Part shown: positions 39,886-52,315 of the stretch, one piece after another | How the letters are laid out: each line of letters starts with the position of its first letter | Position numbering within the stretch: position 1 is the stretch's first letter | Source: Octopus vulgaris | Taxonomy: Eukaryota | Reading direction: 5' to 3' | Length of the DNA: 64,000 nucleotides | Assembly (NCBI GenBank): GCA_951406725.2 | Contig: OX597815.1 | Location: forward strand, 66,216,001-66,280,000 | Made by a program: the position numbers and the translations under genes | The notes under the pieces: generated by a model | The model's database searches: none | Told to the model about the DNA's origin: nothing | The model's input: only the letters and a program-made list of their open reading frames with translations

Positions 39886-41178
39886 CAAGGGGCGTTCAAT
39901 AAGTAATGCCTCTGACCCACTTGCCTTTGTTTGATCTAGCTGAAATTTTGCATGTGCAATTATTGATATCTCTATAGATTAAGTGGCAAATTACAGCTCT
40001 GAACTAATTGTGGTTTCTGATTTACAGGTGTTTGAAATGAGTCAAGTGGGAAATGGAGCATGTTGAGTGTCGAGCAGTGATCCGGTTTTTGTATTTGAAA
40101 TGACGCACACCACAGGAGACTTTTAATGAAATGAAAGTAACTTATGGTGATGATGCCCCATCATATGACCTTGTAAAACGCTGGCATCGTGAATTCAAAC
40201 ATGGTCGGAACTCTGTGGAAACAGCTCCCAGATCTGGTCGCACCCCTTCTGCCATTGATGAGGCATCTGTCCGTCAAGTTGAGGCTGCCATTTTGGAAGA
40301 TCAATGCATAGCTATTCGCCAAATAGCCCATGAGGTCAAGATTAGTACCGGGTCTGTGGAAACTTATCATTCATGACCATTTGCATATGCAAAAGGTGTC
40401 TGCCAGATGGATTTCCAGGTTGCTCACACCTTTCCAGAAGCAAGAACGCAAGAATTCCAGAAGCAAGAATTTAGGGATGTGCCAAGAAGATGAGTCAAAA
40501 TTTTTCAAAAGACTGATTACACAGGATGAGACCTGGGTCCATCACTATGATCCAGAGACCAAAGCCCAGTCAATGCAGTGGAAGCACTGTGACTCACCTC
40601 CCCCAAAGAAGGCAAGGCTGCAGCCCTCCGCTGGCAAGGTCATGCTCACAGTCTTCTGGGACCAGGACGGAGTAGTGATGACAGATTTCCTGGCAAAGGG
40701 TACCACAATTACAGGAGCCTATCATGTTTCATTTTTGAGGAAATTAAGAGAAGCTATCGAAACCAAGAGGCGGGGCAAGATCAGCAAAGGCATCCTCCTC
40801 CTGCAGGACAACGCTCCAGTCCACAACTCGTGTGTCGCCAGATCAGAAGCACAGGCATGCGGCTATGAACTCTTCCCCCATCCCCCTACTCTCCTGACCT
40901 TGCACCCTCTGATTTTCACCTCTTCCCAGCCATGAAGTTGTTTTTGAAAGGAAAGCGTTTCCCAGATGATGCAGCCTTGATTTCTGAAGTCACGTCGTGG
41001 TTGGAGGACCAAGCTGGGGTCTTCTACGAAAACAGTCTCCAGAACTGCATCAAACGATGGGAGAAATGCGTACCTCTGAGTTGTTCCTATGTAGAAAAAG
41101 ACTAATACCTGTGCCAAGTTTTGTTGCTCTACTGCTATGGGAAGTGGGTCAGGGGCATTACTTATTGAACGCCCCTCG
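39886..41178 (+). mobile_element. Full-length mariner (D,D34D) transposon, inactive
   Basis: TIRs caaggggcgttcaataagtaatgcc / ggcattacttattgaacgcccctcg with TA duplications; transposase 40053-41105 with QDETW, QDNAP, YSPDLAPSDF; premature stop at 40101 and two frameshifts. Confidence 0.96.
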
Positions 41179-41383
41179 TATTTCATTGCCTCTTATTTTT
41201 TTTCCGGTATCTTTGAGACAAGTATGATGATATTTCATGGATGTGCAGGCACAGGAATGGCTGTCTTGTTAACAAGTTCACTTTGCAGCTATGAGGTTCA
41301 CTCCCACTGTGCAGCATCTTGGGCAAATGTCTTCTACTACAGCCCCAAATCAGCTAATACTTTGTAGGTGAATTTGGTCGATG

Positions 41384-41415
<32 letters not shown>

Positions 41416-44400
41416 AATGTATGTATATATCATTTAATATCTGTTTTCCATGCAGACATGGGCTTGGTGGTTTGACAGGAGCAGGCAAGCCAGAGGACTG
41501 CACCAAGCTCTACTGTCAGTTTTGGAATAGTTTCTATGACTGATGCCCTTCTGTGTGTGTGTGTTTGTGTTTGTCTCCCACCTCACTGCTTGATAACCAG
41601 TATTGGTTTGTTTACCTCCCTGTAACTTTGGGGTTCAGTAAAAGAGACCAATACATTAAGTGCCAGATTTAAAAAATAAGTATTGTAATTGATCTATTCA
41701 ACGAGAACTCTTCAAGGCAGTGCGCCAACATGGCCACAGTCCAATGACTGCAACAAGTAAAATGTAAAAGAATCACTTTTCCCCAATGTCTTTACTCTTT
41801 TCCATTTCTTTGCAATCTGGAACATCTAACCTGAATGAACCTTGTACTTTTAGCTTCTCCCTTTACTAAATATACCTGATATTTAGCTTCTCTTCTTGGT
41901 AGTTAATATTTATCTTTACTTCCCACTGTCTTTCTAGGCTTGTCTCTTGGTTTTCATGGTTCTATCTATCACATTATTCTACCTCTATAGTCACCTTGCA
42001 TCGTATCAAAACCTTGCCTCAGCCATGGATATTCTCTGCTGCTTGCAAAAGGTTGTCGTCTAGAAACTCTCAGTACTATAGGTTGCATGATGCTGTCCCC
42101 TTCTCCTTCCCATCAAATGCATCAACTAGTGCATCTCTGGACCTATGTCTGGCCTTGGGTCTTCAGCTTCTGTTTCTTCTTTCACCAAAGTGTATTGTAT
42201 TTCTGAGTCAATCAAATTTTTAACCTAATGTCACTGATCACTAGTTTAATACATGCAACATATTGTTTAGATTAGAATTGAAATGCATAGTTTGTCTTCT
42301 GTGCAAGCATGGAAAGTGACTGTGAAAATGGCAATGCTGATAGAGAGAGAGAGACACACACACATACACACACACACACACTTATGTATGTTTACATGCA
42401 TATGAATATCTTTTGATGATGTCATCGACAAACGCTGTAAGCATTGACAAGAAAACTAAACAATCAGTGGTATGTGTTTAGCAGAGAATTGGACATACAA
42501 TATCTTGTCATCTTTCCATTAGAAATGCTGTGAACCAGCATTTCTAATGTAACCAACTGCTATTCTTCACCAATTTACCATATAAATTATATAAAGATGA
42601 AAAAAAAAAGAAAATACACAAATATGACATGGTGAATTCTGTGAGGATATTGATATGCAGCAAGAGCTTTAAAACACTGCTACTAACTTAGCTGTTTGTG
42701 TATGAGACAACTTGTTGCTTGTTGTAAGAATAAAGTTAATACATTGTTTAGCTTAAGCCAAACAAACTGTAATATTGAAAAGATGTTTTAAAATAAAAAT
42801 ATAGTCACAGAGAAAAGGCTATAAATTAAAGAAAAGAGAAATGAACATGTTGGAAAATAGGGGAATAGAAGGAAATTATTTTATTCAGTAGAAAAGGCAA
42901 ATATCTATAAGAATGTAGCACCAGACATAGTCACACTAAATTGATTGTGGTTGTATTCTTTACAGAAAACTTGTGAGCCAGAGCAGCTATCAGTTACAGA
43001 TTAATTTTTGATTTTATTGATTGCCATCTGGACACTGAGAAATTGTGCCAACTCAAATAGTAGCATAAGCCAATTTCTAATCCAGAATCAGCTTTTACTC
43101 TTATTTCAACTGTTCTTTCCAGAGATTGTGTTTATTTAACTAGACAAGGCAAACATTTATAAGTAGCTAAAAACAAACCTGGCTAGTCTAGATGGGTGAA
43201 CATACTGAAACAATACTTTAATAAAACTACAACAGATGCACATCAGCTGCTTATGAAAATATAATCAATAACATGTTTGTGTATTTAAATAGTAGTTCCT
43301 TGTTTAAGACAGTGAAATTTCAGATAAATAAAGATGTGACAATATTTTAGTTGAAAGGAATTTCTTTTGTGTAAATAAACACTTAACAAGAAGTTCTCTA
43401 TGTCTGCTTTTGACTACATAGATCCTAAAACAATCAGCAAAAGTATGTTACAAGCTACCAAGTCATACTCACTTTTGAGTGACAGCTAAAAGATGACATA
43501 AATGCATGTATGTGTATGTAAGTATAAAGCATAGTAAATGGGGGGAAAACCCATTAAACCATTGCAACTTTAGTTTTTGTGCATATTAAACAAAGTCATT
43601 TTTAATATCATTATCCTCATTTTATGTATGCTTTCTATTCTATAACTACATGGGTTGGATGGGCCTTTACAATTTAAGTTTGTATTTGGAGTTACTCCCC
43701 TCCTGCACATCATGGAACCACTCCTTACCTACCTGTTTATTTTGGCATGATTTTACAGCAGGATGCCCTCCTAACTCAAACTAATTTACAAGGTATACTG
43801 GAGGTAATTTATCATAGCACCAGCAGTGAAGTTACCATGTTCTCAAAGAGACAAGAGCATTCTCTCTTACCTATGATTTTTCCATTCATCTGTTAACCAC
43901 TTCTTCTATGTTATCATAGCATTGTACTAGAGAGGTTGTTGTGTCCTCAAAAACATCCTCTCTAGCCTCCATTGTCTCCATTCATCTGTTAACTATTTTA
44001 TACAGTGGACACTAGCACTAGAGAGGTTGTCATGTTTTCTGTCTAAGATAAATGTGACTAAGAGAGTAACAAGAAGTAAGAGTATGAGTGAGATGGGTAA
44101 AGCAGACAGATAAAATTAAGAAAATGGGTAGGAAAGGAATATTGAAAGGGAAACAGTGATAGTTACTTGTTGCTTGTTAGTAAGGGAATTGAAAAGAAAA
44201 ATAACATGGGTGACATGATGGTATAGCAATAAAGATGATAGAAGGTAAGACAGAGCAAAATACAGAGAGAGTGATGGTGAAGAGGATTGGAAACAAACAG
44301 ATCAAAAGCTATCTTTCATTACACAGGTGGGTGATAGAAGAGGAGTTAATGAAGAGAGCTGTGGAAGCAGACTTAACAGCAAGAAACTAATATAGATATG

Positions 44401-44629
44401 CTATGTCTCCCAAACATCATCACCACCAGTATTTTAACAACCATTTTGCTATACTTGCACTAATGGGTGGGTCTTCTCCCAGAACCATGTGTTACCACTT
44501 GTCACAACTCATGAGATCTGTCTTCACCTCATCATCCCATGTCACCCTTGACTTTCCACTTTCAGCATTAAAAACTTCTATACACAACTGACATTTTCTA
44601 TATACTTCACATACCTTTACCACTATAAT

Positions 44630-44681
<52 letters not shown>

Positions 44682-45407
44682 CTTACACACACACAATGTA
44701 TCTGATCCATCTGTTATCCAATTCTCAGCGTATATGTACTCTATTATTCATGCATACTGACATTACACTGACTATCTTCCACGAGTAGTGAAACCTGTAT
44801 GTAATAATGCGTTTTAAAACATTTTCATTCTGATAATGTTCCAAAGGGAATTGCCCCTTTTCTGCTCATCTTTATTTCTCTCATTTCTATGTGTGTGTGT
44901 GTGTGTGCGCACATATGTGTGTGTGCACGTATGCGTGCGTGCGTGCAAGTATGCCTTAGAAATTCACTTTTCAGTCATGTTTGAGGTTTAATTTTCACGG
45001 CATGCCACCTTAGGGAAGTAACTTGTGCTATACTCCTAGGCTGACCAAAGTCCTGTGAGTGGATTTGGTAGATGAAACTGAAAAGAAGCAATTGTGCATA
45101 TGTGTAGGCATGCACATGAATGTGTTTGTTTATGTCTGCTCTCACTTAGTCATGACATACTGTTGTTGTTGTTGTTGGTACATCACTTGTTGGTACATCA
45201 CTTATAAATAACTTGACCACTGACTTTGTGCCTTTGAAGCCATGCGGTTATCTTTAACATAAGGAAGGACATCCAGCTGTAAAACAACACCTCAGGGATA
45301 TATTAATCTAATGATGAAATGGGCATGAACAAGAATGAACACACACACACATTTTTATCATAAATTTTTTTTAGTGTTTTTCAGAAGGCCTTTTGGGTTT
45401 GTTTCTA

Positions 45408-46537
45408 TGAGGGTAAGTCAAAACTTGTACTTGCTCTTGTTTCTGTAATTTATTAAAACAAAAGCAGGGGTTGAACAATTACATCCTTTTCCTACAGTCT
45501 CCTTGCTTTTTGATGCACTTCTTCCAGCAATCCACAAGCTTGCTTATACCTCATACAGATTGTCTGAGCAATTCAAAGAGGTTGTAGTTGGAAGGAGTGA
45601 GATCCAGACTGTATACAGCAATAACCCTTGCTTTGATTGCAATAATAACACTTACTTTGACTACATACCTGAGGGTTTGGTGCACATTGCTGGTTTCAGT
45701 TTGTTAGCCAATATTTCACTATTGCCTACACTCATGACCGTAGACCCCTTTATCAGGGAATATTCCAGCATAGGCTGTTTTGTGTCCCAAAAAATGGTTA
45801 TCATCACTTTTTCTGTAGAATGTTGAGTCTTGAATTTCTCTTTTGCTGATGATTCCAGGTTTCCACTCTATACTCTTTTGGATTTGGATTCAATGTGATG
45901 GGCCCAGATCTCATGTCCTGTAACTATTCTTTCCCTAAAAGTTTCACCTTCATTGAGTGGTTGAGTAAGCTTTGACATATATTCACATGATTGCACTTAC
46001 GCACTTTGGTAAGCTCTCTTGGCACCCATCTCACACAGACTTTAAGAGGCAAAACTTGACATGGATGATTTTGTATGCAGAACCATGACTTATTTGCAGA
46101 GAACATGCCACTTCATCGATGGTCACTTGTTGGTTTGCCATAATCATCACTTGAGCTTGTTGAATTTTCATGTCAGTGGTGAAGATTGATAGGCATCCTG
46201 GTCACTCTTCATGCTTCACTCTTGTCCAGCCACTTTTAAACTACTTGATCCTCTATGCAGTAGAGTACTGTCCCTGTATTGTCCTTGCTATGAATTTCAG
46301 CCTCTGACACACCTTCAGACCAGAGAAATCAGATCACTGATCTTTTGTTCTTCCTTGATGCCAGCAAAATGGCCATGTTTACTCTGTAGCACAAGAAAGA
46401 AAACTGGAATAATCAAGGTCAAACTTTAGTTACATAACCTCAAGAGTACTACCTTTTAGCATGTGAGCACTGAAGTCAGTGCAGTCAACATAAAGTAACT
46501 TTTGTCAAAAGTGTAGATAACTTTTTACTCCCCCTAG
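45408..46537 (-). mobile_element. Degenerate mariner element
   Basis: KVCVRWVPRELT motif; imperfect TIRs tgagggtaagtcaaaa / ttttactccccctag flanked by TA. Confidence 0.75.
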
Positions 46538-47824
46538 TAGTTTGCTTGAGTTATAATTTATCAAATAACTATAATTTTAGATAAAGTTTCACTAATTGTT
46601 TTGTGCTATCTAATTCATTAGAATTGTCTATATTATTTAGCTATAATTTCTCTTTTGTTTTTGTTTTTTCTTTCTTATATTTCATGATCTTTGATTATTT
46701 GATAAGAATAATTAAAATCATTGAGACATCTTTAATACTGTTGTTCTGCAAAAAGTTTTCTTGGAAGATGTTTGCGCTTTGTTTATATTTCTTTATCCAA
46801 AATCTAGACTGTTTGTGTGATCTTTCTCTTGTCATGATAGACACCAAAATCAGTAAATTGACAAACTTATATTCTAAATCGAAATATTTTGGCATTAACT
46901 TTGCCATATGATGTTTGTAGAATACAGAGGTTGACCATTTAATTAGCTGTTTCTTTAATTTATACTTTCTGGTTTTGTACCTCTGCTAAAAATTATTATA
47001 AACACCATCTTCATTGTTTAACATCTGTTTTCTATGCTGGCATAGGTTGGATGGTTTGACAGGAGCTGACAAACCAGAAGACTATGCCAAGCTCTAATGT
47101 CTGCTTTGGTAGTGTTTCTATGGCTGGATGCCCTTCCTGATGCCAATTACTTCACAGATGGTACTAGGTGTGAAGGATAGTGGCAGATGGTCAGAGATGG
47201 AGATAGAGGGGAAAGAAAGGAATGGTGAACATGAGTAGAGGTGTGGTCAATGGTGATTACCAACTTGGAAGAGGAAAGGTGGGCTTTATTATGTTCCATG
47301 CTGTCTCAAAATATACTTGTATTCCAATCATGGTGAGTTATTTTCTAAAAGAAAACAAAGAAAATTTCTTTATAGTCTTTAGTTGTTTTGTTAATTTCAT
47401 CTGTTGTTGTTCTAGTTGTTCTGTCCTTGCTGGAACACTTCTATAATTTCCTCTAATCTTTAACTGTATCTTGTAAGTCTGCTTTTCTAGTTTGGTTGTG
47501 TGTGTATTTTTAAAGATATGTGAGTTAATTATTTTGTTCAAGGTTCATTGTTCTTTCAAAACTGTTGCTGTTGTACTCTTTCCAGAAAATGCAAAAATAA
47601 ATAAATAAATGAAAATAAAATCAATATTTGTATTATTGGAGTGTTTGCAGTTTTTTCTCCCTCACCTTTTTTCCATAGACTTGTTTTTGGTGTTCTACTG
47701 ATTTCAGTTGCTAGCATTTAACTTCTGTGTTTAGTTGAACCAAAAAATCTCATAGTTTTATTTCTAACAACAACCACCTTGCAAGCAAATACAGTATATA
47801 ACACTCTTTTTATTTTTATTTCAG

Positions 47825-48036
47825 GATCATTGTCTTGGCCTCAACACTTGTTATGGTCGACTTTACTTCTGATTTGGTCTGCATGAGAGACTTAAAAGGT
47901 CATATATTTGGATATCTTGTCATTCTTTCCGTCTGCCTTTTAGTTGAAATAACTATGGCATGGGTTAGTATGCGAGGAAGTATTATAAACACTGAACCAA
48001 GATGGTGCATGCAGTATATCATCTACATTCGGTTAT
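47825..48036 (+). CDS. DAGLA: Diacylglycerol lipase alpha, internal coding exon (transmembrane region), 212 bp
   Basis: ttttatttcag acceptor, gtaagt donor; IIVLASTLVMVDFTSDLVCMRDLKGHIFGYLVILSVCLLVEITMAWVSMRGSIINTEPRWCMQYIIYIRL matches the DAGL-alpha GYL.IL..C...E....SMRG.I..TEPR..MQY..Y.RL signature. Confidence 0.92.
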
Positions 48037-48779
48037 GTAAGTATATTTATATTTGAATTTATGTCATTTTAAAGCTGACATTTGGAACTTAAAATTTCTT
48101 TCTAAAGCTTTAAGGAAGTGAATTTTATAAACTAATTAAATTAACAAAATATTCAAATAGAACTAATTCAAGAAACATTTACCTAATATTTTACTTTTGT
48201 TAAGTTGTTTTTAATTAGCAAAAAACAAAGTCCTTGAAGTTAAAATGAAAATTAAATGTTTATAAGTGGAGAAAATAAATTCAAGAAATATATATATTTA
48301 TAGCAAGTTTGTTGAAATATTGTAATTTCTATTGAGATTATAGATTTCCTTTTTACTACAGCCCTTGTCTGGAATAGGTAATGCAATTTTTTATGCTAAG
48401 AATCTATTTACTAATCATCATCATCATCACCACTTAATGTCCAGTTTTTATATTTGTGGGGCAGATTTAATAATGAATGAATGACATCACTCATATAATG
48501 ATGATGCTCATTCACAATTATTATGTGAGGTCAAGATAAAAGTACACATACACGCACACACAGAGGACCTGTTTCTTTCAGTTTCTGTCTGCCAAATCTA
48601 CTCACAAGGTATTGTTGGCCTAGAGTTATAGCAGAAGACACTTGCCCAAGATGCTGTACAGTGGGACTGAACCTAAGATCACATGTACAGGAAGTGAGCT
48701 TCTCTACCTCATACCCTGCCTGCACAAAATACAATTTCTTTCTGAGGACCTATATCTATCTATATATATATATATATAT

Positions 48780-49245
48780 CATCATCATCATCATCGTTTA
48801 ATGTCCGTTTTCCATGCTAGCATGGGTTGGACAGTTCGACCAGGGTCTGGGAAACCAGGAGGCTGAACCAGGCTCCAGTCTGATCTGGTAGTATTTGTAC
48901 AGCTGGATGCCCTTCCTAACATCAACCACTTCGTGAGTGTAGTGGGTGCCTTTTACATGCCACTGGCACGGAAGCCAGTCGAGGCGGTGCTGGCAACGGC
49001 CACGTTCAGATGGTGCTTTTTACATGCCACTGGCACAGGTATCACAACTACAATTTCCATTGATTCTTTTGATCGATTTCGATTTCACTTGCCTCAACAT
49101 GTCTTCGCAAGCAGAGTTTTGTGTCCAAAGAAGGAAAGGTATGCATAAGTAGGCTGGCTACATCCCTGTTAAAGGCCACAGGTTATGGTCTCACTTGTCT
49201 TGCTGGGTCTTCTCACGCACAGCATATTTCCAAAGGTCTCGGTCA
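48780..49245 (-). mobile_element. RTE LINE 3' end
   Basis: Near copy of 28825-29350. Confidence 0.88.
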
Positions 49246-50172
49246 TATTTTTATTTATTTAACAGAATTATTAGGGAGTTGAATAAAATACTTGCAGTAT
49301 TTAGTTACAGCTCTTTACATTCTGAGTTAAAATTCATCTCCCCCCACCCAGTCTTGTATCGCAGTTTTATAGACTCCCTTTGTGTTGTAATAGGCAGCTA
49401 AAATGATTGGCAGCAGGAAGGGTATCTAGTCACAAAATACTAAATGAACAACTCTCATATTTTCCATGCCAGCATGAAAAACAAGAACCAAAAAAACCAT
49501 GGAAGCTACCACAAATAGTTATGCAGTGACGTATAAAATATATCTTTATTCTTTCTGTTTTACTAAAATATTATTTGGTTCTAAAGCACACCAAGAAGAA
49601 AATACTTGTAGCTCAAACAAAACTGATCTTGTTCAATGTTTACATTTAGTCTTATTAACTTAGAAGACTCAGTTTCCATGTTTATAGCTTTTCTATGATG
49701 ATCAAACTTTTAGTACATTTTATATCTCTCACCAATATAAAATTCTTAAAATAAAACACTGCTTATTGACAAAAATATTATTAAATGGATGGATAATTTT
49801 CTGTCTCATAATAAATGCCATAAAATCTAAAATAGTAGTCTTTCCTACAACATATTGTGATAAATGCATTACTGAAAGCAATTGTCTTGATGGAAATAAC
49901 ATATATTTCTCAAGAGGCAAAAAGTTTTAGCAAATAGCTAAATACATGACCTTTAACTTATTTATCGGTTTATCAATGCACTAATAGACGAAGCATTAGA
50001 AAACTAGAATATTTCTTATTCTTCATCTGAGGTAGATTCTAATCTACTTCATTTCTTTAAATTGATTCATACAGTTCACTCTTTTTACTTCTTTCCTTAA
50101 TAAAAACAAAAACACATTTCAAAAACTTAAAACCAATTGTCAAACTGCTGTTAATATTGCCTTTAAATGAGT

Positions 50173-50573
50173 TGCAGATGTAGCTGTATGATTAAGAATT
50201 TTACTCCCCGAGTACATGATTTCAGGTTCAATCCCACTGCATGATTCTTTAGGCGAGTGTCTTCTATAGCCCTGGGTTGACCAAAGCCATGTGAGTACAT
50301 TAGGTTGATGGAAACTGAAGTAAACTTGTGTATGTGTATCCTGGTCTTAACATCACATGATAGTTGTGAATGAGTGTCACTGTCATACAGATAGTGTCAT
50401 TAATTTCCAATATTCTACAAGATCATATCTGACCTTGAGGAAATATTACCTCCCTTGGATATAGGTGAGGGTTTGCAACAGGAACAGCAACCAGCCATAG
50501 AAAATCTGCCTCAGTAAACTCCATCTTGCCCATGCAAGCATGGAAAAGTGGATGTCAAAATGATGATAATGAT
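50173..50573 (+). mobile_element. SINE with RTE-like 3' tail
   Basis: Head like 62455-62610 but ends cccatgcaagcatggaaaagtggatgtcaaaatgatgataatgat. Confidence 0.7.
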
Positions 50574-51261
50574 TTAAAAGCATATTCATCTTCAGTTAAC
50601 TTCAATTGGCTGTCAATGATGGCAAGCTTATATTGTTTAACTGTTACCCTGGTCTAAAAGCAGAATATCATTTGTCCTTATGTGATAAGTCTCTTGAAAG
50701 TCACTTGAGGTTTTCTCTGTACCAGTAATCAAGGGCTATGGGAAAAGATGTTTGTTAAATTATTTTCCCAAATGTATTGTGGACAACAGCATTTAAGAAT
50801 TCTTGATCCACTTTTTATATCAAAAAAGAAATTAATAACCTTTTGCTTTACTGAGTCCAAATGAAAATATATTATATTATGACTAACTACCTTTTCTAAT
50901 ACCTTAAAACCACTTTTAAACATGATAACACCAGCAGTTTATTTTTCATCACAATCATCATCAGTAGTACATAATTATCAAAGATTGGTATAGCTTCTCT
51001 TGGAACTAAAAACAAAGTACTACATTTTTACATGGGTAGCTCTTCGAGGAATTACAAATGTAAATTGCATCATCTTTAGATCTTTTTTTTTTTATATATA
51101 TAGAAGTCTTAGTCAGATGGTTGTTTAAAATGATTGTATCTACAAATGGATTAACTTCCTGCTGCTAATTCTAAAATAGGAATTAAAAATAGAAATTCAT
51201 TGTCAGAAAACACAAACTGTATTAAAGTTCAGGTCTATATTTAAGAGACAAGGAATTATGT

Positions 51262-51398
51262 ACATTATTTACATTTGACGGATATTTGTCCTTATCTTGT
51301 TTGTTGTTAACATGTTTCGGCTGGAGGGTATATCAGCCGAAACATTGTGTTAACAACAAACAAGATGAGGACAAATATCCGTCAAATGTAAATAATGT
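51262..51398. repeat. Palindrome (~62 bp arms, 10 nt loop) derived from a dispersed repeat
   Basis: acattatttacatttgacggatatttgtcc..tttcggctg / cagccgaaa..ggacaaatatccgtcaaatgtaaataatgt; the same repeat occurs unfolded at 22949-23013. Confidence 0.92.
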
Positions 51399-52276
51399 GT
51401 ATTAAAGTTGATACTGATGATCACGTGGCAAGTAGTCTAACATAACATCACAGTCATTGTCATCATCATACTCAGTATTATCTTCACCATTATCACTGTT
51501 GTCATTACCATTATCATTATTTTCTGTGTTGTCATCACCACCACCATCATCATTTTAATTTTACATTCATTTTATAGGTGCAGGAGTAACTGTGTGGTTG
51601 AGAAGCTTGCCTCCCAATCATGTAGCTTTGGGTTCAGTCCCACTGTATTGCACAAATGGACAAATGTCTTCTAATATAGCCACAGGTTGACCAAAGCCTT
51701 GTGAGTGGATATGGTAGATGAAACTGAAAGAAGCCCATTATGTATCATCATCATCATTGTTTAATGTCCATTCTGGCATAGGTTGGATGGTTTGACAGGA
51801 GCTAGCCAATTGGGGAGCCATCTAGACTACAATTGTCTGTTGTGGTATGGTTTCTATGGCTGGAAGCCCTTCCTAATGCCAACCACTTTACAGACTGTGT
51901 TGGATACTTTTTACATGCCACCAGCATGTGTGCATTTATGCAGCACCAGCATGAGTGCATTTTATGTGGCACCAGCACCTGTAAAAGACAAGCCTGTATG
52001 TATGGATGACAAAAATTTTCTTACCTTGACACATCTTCTCAAGGACAGTAAATCACCACAACTCCCAGTTCCTTGTCATTTCCTCAGTGAGGCCCAGCAT
52101 CCAAAGATCTTTTCTCATCACTTTGTCCCACATCTTCCTCTGAGTGTGTGTGTGTCTCCTTGTCTTAACATCATGTGATACTTGTATATGAGTATCACTG
52201 TCACACAAACAATATCATTCATTTCCAATATTCTGTGAGAATATGTCTGACCATAGCAGACCCATACAAAAGTGGA

Positions 52277-52315
<39 letters not shown>

